DNA from: a virus
Reading direction: 5' to 3' (one strand)
Virus record (IMG/VR): IMGVR_UViG_3300037225_000932
Location: 64,001 to 128,000 of that record
DNA length: 64,000 bases
The notes under the pieces were generated by a model. That model made no database searches. It had not been told where the DNA came from and worked only from the letters and a program-made list of their open reading frames with translations. Made by a program: the position numbers and the translations under genes. Shown here piece after piece: positions 57,736-64,000 of the stretch; positions within the stretch are counted from its first letter, which is position 1, and every line of letters starts with the position of its first letter.

Positions 57736-57885
57736 TTTTCTTTCCCTTTCAGTGATTTAGAACTTTGTTTAATTTTTCAGGGTAAACATATCTATAAACA
57801 GAGACACCCTCATATATTTTCTTCTAATCTCTTTCCCAAGAAAAAAAGAAGAAAATGAGGGTGATGGGAAATAGAGACTTTTTAA

Positions 57886-57961
57886 TTGACCGTAGGAGAC
57901 TCGAACTCCTATATCCACCTTAATATTCGGTGGCGTCTTACCAAGTTTAAACGAACGATCT
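57886..57961 (-). tRNA. tRNA-like RNA with 9-nt anticodon loop, identity undetermined
   Basis: cloverleaf: AGATCGT/ACGGTCA, GTTT/AGAC, CCACC/GGTGG, AGGAG-TTCGAGT-CTCCT; no CCA encoded. Confidence 0.65.
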
Positions 57962-58018
57962 GGTCTCTACTCTCTGTGCCTTACGGCATTCATTAGTATA
58001 CTGCTTTAGAACTTTCTT

Positions 58019-58285
58019 TTAAATTTCAGGGAGAAATTGTTGATCTCTATTATATCGAATATTTAACCACTCTATAAGATGAAAAGCCTCAAAAAGAGTA
58101 AACCAATGAAGAGGAAAAGAGTGCGTCCAAGCATTATCTGAAGATAAAGTTTGATCAGTAGCTTTTGCCCTGATGATTATAACCATACCATCAGTATTAT
58201 CTTCATAAAATCCTGGACCACAAATGTATACTCTTTCTCCGCAAAGAGTATATTTATACACAAGACCGACTGTAGTAGTTTTCAT
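58019..58285 (-). CDS. small hypothetical protein
   Basis: AGGA RBS; stop inside next motif. Confidence 0.65.
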   Translation of the reverse strand: MKTTTVGLVYKYTLCGERVYICGPGFYEDNTDGMVIIIRAKATDQTLSSDNAWTHSFPLHWFTLFEAFHLIEWLNIRYNRDQQFLPEI

Positions 58286-58407
58286 CTTTTATCCTACTTT
58301 CAAGATTTTAGAACTTTATCTATTTTATCAGGGTATTTTTTGCGCAAAAAAATATCCTCAAGGTGGTGGCACCATCCTCAAGGATATATTTTGTTTTTCT
58401 CGGGGCC

Positions 58408-58593
58408 TTACTTTAGGCTCTCGGGGTTAAGTAGGACACCCTGAGCAGCCATGTCAGCCCTGAATGCCTCCCGATTGACCGGCGGATTAAGGTGCTGAGC
58501 CAGCTTCTTCGGCTTCTCAGGGATGATATACCCAACTCCGCTCGTAAGAACCCGAACACCCTTACCCTGCCGATGGCCAAATTCTGTCATCAT
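58408..58593 (-). CDS. small hypothetical protein
   Basis: AAGGGATACGAAAATG leader. Confidence 0.7.
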   Translation of the reverse strand: MMTEFGHRQGKGVRVLTSGVGYIIPEKPKKLAQHLNPPVNREAFRADMAAQGVLLNPESLK

Positions 58594-58646
58594 TTTCGTA
58601 TCCCTTTTCTGTTAGTGGTGCTATTTTAGAACTTTTAGTTGTTTTT

Positions 58647-58844
58647 TCAGGGAGAAATCGGTTGAACCATATTAAAAGTTAAATATTGGTTCAAAGCAGG
58701 ATTGTCTTTATCATTAACGGGATCACCGTTTTCATCTTCATAATCAACTTGATCGCCAGCCACAAACTCCTGATTAACCCAATTTCCAACTTCAGAGTTA
58801 AATGTCTGAACAACGAAACCAGTTGTGATTTTCCTGATCTTCAT
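58647..58844 (-). CDS. small conserved phage protein
   Basis: KITTGFVVQTF...QEFVAGDQVDYEDE.G...YL.F.MVQP; GAGGA RBS. Confidence 0.75.
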   Translation of the reverse strand: MKIRKITTGFVVQTFNSEVGNWVNQEFVAGDQVDYEDENGDPVNDKDNPALNQYLTFNMVQPISP

Positions 58845-58901
58845 ATTAGTATCCTCTTTCGGTGCTGTTTTAGAACTTTATGAAGCTTTTCAGGGAGCAA
58901 C

Positions 58902-59384
58902 TTACCATTTCGCTCCCATCTCTTTAGCCTCATCAAAAGCATTCCAGAACTTAAACTCTTTATTAGTAAGAATGCTAATGGCTTTCTCAGCATCCCTCTC
59001 AGTAAATCCAACATCCTTATTAGTTTGGACAAAATGCCTTAAAACTAAATCTTTCTTAATAGTATCATCCTTGGGATTAAAATCATCTAAAGGCCAATCA
59101 TCAAGAACAACCCAGTTCTCAGGTTTATTTTGCTCAACCCAAAACAAAATCTCATCTAACCGATTACCGTTATCAGAAGTTATTCCAACAAAAGGAATAT
59201 CAAAAACCTTAAAAACATCTTTTACCTGTTGAAGTGCGTTTGGCAGTGTTCGCCAAGTTGAAGAAAGAACTACAGAAGCATTCCCCTTTGAACAAACATT
59301 TTTAAGTAATCCTAAACGAATAGGATCAAGAGTTTGCCCATCTAGGCATAATACTCCATCAATGTCACAAAATATAACATTCAT
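58902..59384 (-). CDS. HAD phosphatase, Swiss-Army-Knife RNA-repair type (HAD_SAK_2-like), leaderless
   Basis: IFCDIDGVL, VVLSSTWR, WVVLDD. Confidence 0.85.
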   Translation of the reverse strand: MNVIFCDIDGVLCLDGQTLDPIRLGLLKNVCSKGNASVVLSSTWRTLPNALQQVKDVFKVFDIPFVGITSDNGNRLDEILFWVEQNKPENWVVLDDWPLDDFNPKDDTIKKDLVLRHFVQTNKDVGFTERDAEKAISILTNKEFKFWNAFDEAKEMGAKW

Positions 59385-59425
59385 ATTCATTTAGAACTGT
59401 ATTTAATTTTTCAGGGTAAATGAAT

Positions 59426-59677
59426 TTAAGTTTGTGGTAAAACAACATTAGGCCAAAACAAAATGATAAAATAAGTATCATCTTTAGTATCAGCATAATG
59501 CCATTTCCCATCAGAAATAGTTTCTAAATATTTTTCTTTTATCACTTCTTTTCCATCAATTGTTAAAAACTTAAAATCAGAAAGATAGGAAGAAAGATAA
59601 GAACCAGAAAAAATACCAACCGGAATATGATCTTCGTGATTTGTTCCTTCTTTGGTGATAAGAAACATTTTATTCAC
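59426..59677 (-). CDS. small hypothetical protein (resembles 63639..63911)
   Basis: MFLIT..IPVGI..TIDGK..DGKWH. Confidence 0.65.
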   Translation of the reverse strand: MNKMFLITKEGTNHEDHIPVGIFSGSYLSSYLSDFKFLTIDGKEVIKEKYLETISDGKWHYADTKDDTYFIILFWPNVVLPQT

Positions 59678-59936
59678 CTTTCAAATCAGGCAAAAGATAT
59701 CTCTCAATAATCTTAGCATCTTGCTCTTTACGGGAATAAATACCAAGAATAGCACTTTCACCAAAACAAGTAATAGAAGGAGATTTAGTGGGATTAGTTT
59801 TATCCCAACAAACATCAACCTTTCCAGCCCCAAGAACCATCTTTCCGTAAGACAGGTTGGCAATATCTTTATGATTTAGATCGCCAGGAAAAATGATAGG
59901 GATATCACCTTCAAGAATAATGTATTTTGGAAACAT
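59670..59936 (-). CDS. small conserved phage protein
   Basis: KYII...PIIFP..L.H.DIA...GAG....CFGES..LGI.SR..DA pattern. Confidence 0.75.
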   Translation of the reverse strand: MFPKYIILEGDIPIIFPGDLNHKDIANLSYGKMVLGAGKVDVCWDKTNPTKSPSITCFGESAILGIYSRKEQDAKIIERYLLPDLKGE

Positions 59937-59938
59937 AA

Positions 59939-60133
59939 TTATTGTCCACGAAGAGTTTTTACATAATCAACAATTTCTTGTTTTTCTTTTTCGTATTTTT
60001 CTCTTGGTGTTCCCAAAAAGGCCCAGCCTTTTTGTATCCAACTTGCTATTCTTTCTGGAGACCATTTACCTTTATACAAACCGCCTTTGTTTGTCACAAT
60101 GTCTTTTATGAATTGTCGAGTGTTATCGTTCAT
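59939..60133 (-). CDS. small hypothetical protein, leaderless
   Basis: ATG 5 nt after motif; first gene of a three-gene unit. Confidence 0.7.
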   Translation of the reverse strand: MNDNTRQFIKDIVTNKGGLYKGKWSPERIASWIQKGWAFLGTPREKYEKEKQEIVDYVKTLRGQ

Positions 60134-60172
60134 ACTGATTTAGAACTTTATTTAGATTTTCAGGGCAAAAAA

Positions 60173-60523
60173 CTATTTTCTAAGCAAATAAAAACAAGGA
60201 GATTCAGGTGTTCCTCCTGCTGGAATCCATTCCTGCCATCCTAGCCTGCGAAAGAAATTCGCAAATCTTGGGGTTTGAACGTTTTCCACAAACAGGTTTC
60301 CCGGATAAACATCTTGAACAAATGACAAAAAACGAGTAAATCGTCCTTTACCTTGTTTCTTCACAGATATAGTGGCGATATCTAAAATGTCAATCATCTT
60401 AGGAGGATATCCTAAATATCGCCTACTCTTACGAATGTAGACATCAACATCTTTATCGTGTAACCAAGAATTACGCTTTTGAATATTTAGAAAATCAACC
60501 AATTGTTCTTCTACTAATTTCAT
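60173..60523 (-). CDS. GNAT-fold-like protein, leaderless
   Basis: LDIATISV..QGKGRF...VENV...FFRRLGW. Confidence 0.7.
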   Translation of the reverse strand: MKLVEEQLVDFLNIQKRNSWLHDKDVDVYIRKSRRYLGYPPKMIDILDIATISVKKQGKGRFTRFLSFVQDVYPGNLFVENVQTPRFANFFRRLGWQEWIPAGGTPESPCFYLLRK

Positions 60524-60564
60524 GATCTTTTAGAACTTTCTATTAAAAATCAGTGATTTTCTTA

Positions 60565-60762
60565 TTATTTCTTGCTTATTTCAATAATGGTATCAGTTAT
60601 CTCTTTATCAAGAGATTGAAACGTAACAAGATCACTTTCAACATCAGAGATCCTATCCCTAATTCGATTAAGAAATAAAATAACCGAACTTACAGGAACC
60701 GCATCAATAGGACCACCAGTTGACCAATAAGTGTGTTTTTCTAAAATATCTTTAGTAAGCAT
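60565..60762 (-). CDS. small hypothetical protein
   Basis: AAAGGA RBS after motif. Confidence 0.65.
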   Translation of the reverse strand: MLTKDILEKHTYWSTGGPIDAVPVSSVILFLNRIRDRISDVESDLVTFQSLDKEITDTIIEISKK

Positions 60763-60827
60763 CTTGTTTTCCTTTTCAGTGATAGATTAGAACTTTATTT
60801 CTTTTTTCAGGGCTTTTATTTTTGCGC

Positions 60828-60969
60828 AAAAAATAGTATCCGCCAGATATCGTGACGGATACTCTCAAGATTAGCAGTGTTTACTGGCGGAAGCTTAGTC
60901 TCACGGTTAGTCCCATTTCAGGATTCCCAGTAACTTAACTGCTTTATTTAGGAGCCAATAATTTGCTCC
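60828..60969 (-). ncRNA. candidate structured RNA with alternative terminator/antiterminator pairing
   Basis: ORF-less module; 60881-91 can pair with 60927-33 or with terminator arm 60839-46. Confidence 0.5.
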
Positions 60970-61077
60970 AATTCCTTAGAATTTTCTATTAAAAATCAGG
61001 GCATTTATTTTTGCGCAAAAAAGAAATCACCCCCAATTGAGGGTGATTTCTTTTACTTTTGAACGATTTAATCGCTT

Positions 61078-61476
61078 TTAGGCGACAACCGTTTCATTCG
61101 TCGCCTCGACGGCGGGGGGAACTGCGGGAGTCTCAGCCGTCTTATTCTTCTCCTTCAACATCTTCGCAAGAACTGCCAACTGGTCAGGAGTCAAATTGAG
61201 ATCATCCAACTTCTTCTGAAGAGCCAACTTGTCCTGCTCAGCCTTATAAGCCGGCAAATCGGTGACTTCAGCAAAAACCGGCAACGGCTCAACAACATAA
61301 ACCCGACCATCAACCGGCTTTGAATTGAGATGATTCACCATTTCAATTCCAACCTCCTTACTCTCGACCATCCCAAGAACCGTGCGAACCACCTTCATAT
61401 TGCTACCCCGACCAGGTGCCTTAGTCGTGTGCTTCTCGAAAACCGCCAAAACCGTCTTGCTCGACGCCGTGTCCAT
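61078..61476 (-). CDS. hypothetical protein (paralog of 54428..54925)
   Basis: start reassigned to MDTASSK; near-identical leader; KLDDLNLTPDQLAVLAKML. Confidence 0.8.
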   Translation of the reverse strand: MDTASSKTVLAVFEKHTTKAPGRGSNMKVVRTVLGMVESKEVGIEMVNHLNSKPVDGRVYVVEPLPVFAEVTDLPAYKAEQDKLALQKKLDDLNLTPDQLAVLAKMLKEKNKTAETPAVPPAVEATNETVVA

Positions 61477-61715
61477 CGTCGTATCCTTTCCTAAAAGGGG
61501 TTTATCGTTACACCCTTTTAGAACTTTAGCCCCACTTTTCAGGGAGATTTTTTTTCGCGCAAAAAAAAATACCCTCAAAGACAACAGTGGTGGTGTCGTC
61601 CTCAAGAGTATTATTGTTTTTTTAATATAATAAATTGCTAACGCAATTTATTATATTAAACTTTTTATGTTTTGTCAATATACTTTGTTCTATTTTGTTA
61701 AAAATAGTTTAAGTT

Positions 61716-62123
61716 TTACCAATTGCTACTATTTTCAACAAACTCTTTCGCTTCAATTAAACTAAGATTTGTCCAATAACGAAGAACCTTAATGGCCTCA
61801 ACTTGAACTTGTCGATTTTGGTTTCGTAAACTACAAATTGACTGAAAAGCCTTCAAGGGAATATTATACCAAGTATTTTGAGAAATAACCGTAACAACCG
61901 GAACCCCATCCTTTATACTCACATTATGACCATGAAAAACAGTAGGAACTTCATTCCGTTTCTTCTCTTCAGCAAGCTTCTCCTGTAAATCATTACTTAA
62001 AGCCTTAATCTCTTCCTGATAAGCCTCTTCAAGAATTCTTAAAGCAGTTTTCTTATACTTATTCTCAAGAACACTTGAAACAATAACAACACGACACATT
62101 TCTTTCTTGTTCTCAATATCCAT
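61716..62123 (-). CDS. protein with ribosomal bL12 C-terminal-domain-like motif
   Basis: QVEAIKVLRYWTNLSLIEAKEFVENS vs bL12 KxxxIKxVRxxTGLGLKEAKxxVE. Confidence 0.7.
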   Translation of the reverse strand: MDIENKKEMCRVVIVSSVLENKYKKTALRILEEAYQEEIKALSNDLQEKLAEEKKRNEVPTVFHGHNVSIKDGVPVVTVISQNTWYNIPLKAFQSICSLRNQNRQVQVEAIKVLRYWTNLSLIEAKEFVENSSNW

Positions 62124-62206
62124 CTTGCCTTTTCCTTTATGTTATACTCTTAGAACTTTAGTTCCCACTTTTCAGGGAGATTTTTTTTCGCGCAAAAAAA
62201 AATAGT

Positions 62207-62413
62207 TCACAAATAACTTTTATTCAACTCTATATCATAAGGTTCATCATAATATAGATAAGGATTATCCTTAATATGCGAATTTACTTCTTCTAAAGAA
62301 GTAAAAATGCCAATAATACAATGATCAGTAGAACGTGTTGCCCCTAAAACCCAAACTTTAGTGATAACTTTATCCATCTTTTTTACTCTAAAAAAGTTTT
62401 TGCTCACTTTCAA
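62207..62413 (-). CDS. small hypothetical protein
   Basis: KVWVL...IIGIFTSLEE pattern; start uncertain. Confidence 0.6.
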   Translation of the reverse strand: MKVSKNFFRVKKMDKVITKVWVLGATRSTDHCIIGIFTSLEEVNSHIKDNPYLYYDEPYDIELNKSYL

Positions 62414-62521
62414 AACTCATTTTTTCTACATTTTTATCTAAGTCCCTTGTTTCTCAACCACTTATGTTATTTTTTCGCAAGAAATAAAAAACTTTTCCAC
62501 ACGGGTAAAAAAAAGTTTTAT

Positions 62522-62752
62522 CTACTTCTCTTTAGGACCAATCTTATACTCAGAAGGAACAAATTTATGCCATAGATTACCAGCCTGCTTAAAGATAGTA
62601 ACCCTCTTTGGAGACTTAATAATAAATAAAGTCTCATCTTCATTCGCTTTTACATCAAAATCAGCAATTTGCGCAACAGAATATCCAGCATTCTGATACA
62701 TCGTGATAATTACACACGGAATACCTGCCGGATCAACTCGATGATTTTTCAT
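62522..62752 (-). CDS. small hypothetical protein
   Basis: 76-aa ORF between repeat elements. Confidence 0.6.
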   Translation of the reverse strand: MKNHRVDPAGIPCVIITMYQNAGYSVAQIADFDVKANEDETLFIIKSPKRVTIFKQAGNLWHKFVPSEYKIGPKEK

Positions 62753-62841
62753 GTTTTTTACCTAACCTCTTGGAAAATAAACCACTTAGGTAATTTTTTT
62801 CGCAAGATTAAAAAACTTTCTCCCGACGTAAAAAGATATCT

Positions 62842-63051
62842 TTAGAAACCAACAATGTCAGCCAAACTAACAGCAAAAAGCTCCTTAGCGGTCCACCCCT
62901 CTATAGCAAAATCACTATTATTGACTGTAATATCGCTTAAAACAACGATATCATGGTCCGGACCACCCATAAACTCGAAAATACCTTCCCTGCCAGACCA
63001 AAACGGATGACCACTCTTAACCTTATACTTCTCACCTTTAACCAGCTTCAT
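62842..63051 (-). CDS. small SH3-like protein
   Basis: AAGGAG RBS; LVKGEKYKVK....GREGIF. Confidence 0.65.
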   Translation of the reverse strand: MKLVKGEKYKVKSGHPFWSGREGIFEFMGGPDHDIVVLSDITVNNSDFAIEGWTAKELFAVSLADIVGF

Positions 63052-63141
63052 GATAATCTCCTTAAATTCTTTATTTTATAGGAACTTAGATTAAAAAATC
63101 AGGGAAAGAATAAAAACTTTTCCACACGGGTAAAAAAAGTT

Positions 63142-63348
63142 TTATGCTGCTACAGAAATACCAGTTTCAACCGTTTGGTGGATAACAATGGTGCCACCCT
63201 TATACCGATAAGGCACATTCGCCTTCAAAGTCTCAGCTAAACCAACCAAACCATACTTCCCAAGCCACCAATTAACATATTCGGCAGCTTCAGTAAGGTC
63301 CAAACAAACCGGACTCACCACTTCACCATTCTCGTAAACCTTAAACAT
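63142..63348 (-). CDS. small hypothetical protein
   Basis: AAGGA RBS after motif. Confidence 0.65.
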   Translation of the reverse strand: MFKVYENGEVVSPVCLDLTEAAEYVNWWLGKYGLVGLAETLKANVPYRYKGGTIVIHQTVETGISVAA

Positions 63349-63638
63349 CTTAATTTCCTTCCTTTTCTTTGTTAGTGTTACTTCTTTAGAACTTTATTTC
63401 CCCTTTCAGGGAAAACTTCAAAGAAGTTTTACCTTCAGTTAGGGAAAACTTTAATCTTCTTGACTAATAATGTAATAAATAAATAATGAAACTAAGAACA
63501 TAACAACTAAAAAAACTTGAGGCTCTTGAGTTTCCATAACCTTTTTCTCTATTTTTATCTAACTCCAGTAATTTCAGTGGCTTACGTTAATTTTTTCGCA
63601 AGAATAAAAAAACTTTCTCTCGACGAGAAAAGACATCT

Positions 63639-63911
63639 TTAACCCTTACGAATTTCTAAATTTAAGTTGATCCTAATAACCCAATACTCCACTCCCTCTT
63701 TCATTACATAAATACCATGCCACTTACCATCTAAAATCAATTCTTTTGACTGTTGAGACCGAGATCCCCAATCACGCCCATCTATACTAGCAAATGGATA
63801 CTTTTCACATAAAACTTCATAATCGTAAACCCCAATAGGCATATTATTCTCAAACGTTACTAAAAACATGATAGTCTTGTCCTTTTCTTCGTTAAGTGCT
63901 TTATTTCTCAA
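63639..63911 (-). CDS. small hypothetical protein
   Basis: probable start at MFLVTF after AAGGA; resembles 59426..59677. Confidence 0.6.
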   Translation of the reverse strand: MRNKALNEEKDKTIMFLVTFENNMPIGVYDYEVLCEKYPFASIDGRDWGSRSQQSKELILDGKWHGIYVMKEGVEYWVIRINLNLEIRKG

Positions 63912-64000
63912 GAACTTAGATAAGATTTTCAGGGAGAGAATAAAAACTTTTCCACACGGGCAAAAAAAGTTTTATCTCTTCAGTAAGTTAGATAATTAAA

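Larger units (their letters stand above)
48894..63934 (-). promoter_or_regulatory. about 46 co-oriented copies of promoter-like motif CCCYGA-N13/14-GTTCTAAA
   Basis: + strand TTTAGAACTT..TCRGGG near 48894, 49008, 49275, 49714, 49922, 50058, 50344, 50676, 50973, 51208, 51410, 51666, 52331, 52718, 52993, 53213, 53488, 53702, 54002, 54126, 54317, 54966, 55231, 55527, 55728, 55966, 56287, 56542, 56819, 57101, 57529, 57756, 58005, 58307, 58626, 58869, 59390, 60139, 60529, 60787, 60976, 61517, 62150, 63078, 63386, 63910. Confidence 0.85.
62439..63972. repeat. dispersed TAAGT-N15/16-ACTTA boxes and AAAACTTTTCCACACGGGYAAAAAAAGTTTT elements
   Basis: boxes near 62439, 62763, 63560, 63893; elements near 62487, 63113, 63942 with variants near 62811, 63608. 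Confidence 0.75.

Noticed and set aside
60880-60945. c-di-GMP-I riboswitch
   Set aside because: Only scattered words resemble it (GAAA, GGGAC, AAGC); the second stem architecture is missing
48768-61630. + strand ORFs in the array (e.g. 49263..49754, 54438..54965, 58825..59232)
   Set aside because: Antisense to genes with promoter and RBS, and they read through motifs
48894-63934. Array as a CRISPR array
   Set aside because: Repeat centre is degenerate, intervals are long and very variable and contain genes, and no cas genes are present
48894-63934. Array as a classical integron with attC sites
   Set aside because: No RYYYAAC/GTTRRRY palindromic attC structure and no integrase in the window; fixed spacing to ATG fits a promoter
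1-64000. Stop-codon reassignment
   Set aside because: Long genes are intact under the standard code and TAA, TAG and TGA all end well-supported genes

Overview
Fragment of a large, AT-rich tailed dsDNA phage genome (standard genetic code) in three zones. (1) About 1-24 kb, + strand, head morphogenesis: putative internal head proteins, a portal with two LAGLIDADG inteins and a fused DUF559/Vsr-like nuclease, a 1998-aa prohead protease/scaffold, a decoration protein and an HK97-fold major capsid protein. (2) About 24-48.5 kb: fibre-like proteins, proteins sharing an MNWYK leader, and accessory enzymes (methyltransferases, glycosyltransferase, patatin, PAS, OGFr-like, ubiquitin-like). (3) About 48.9-64 kb, - strand: an array of about 46 short modules, each headed by the same promoter-like motif CCCYGA-N13/14-GTTCTAAA. 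The modules carry small proteins (many apparently leaderless) or ORF-less structured RNAs. The best candidates for an undescribed system are in this array: a stand-alone RNA reproducing the uL11-binding GTPase-associated centre of 23S rRNA around a 141-nt insert, a bL12-CTD-like protein, a tRNA-like RNA with a 9-nt anticodon loop, and two related pseudoknot RNAs. All family calls are by-eye motif recognition; no searches or folding programs were run.
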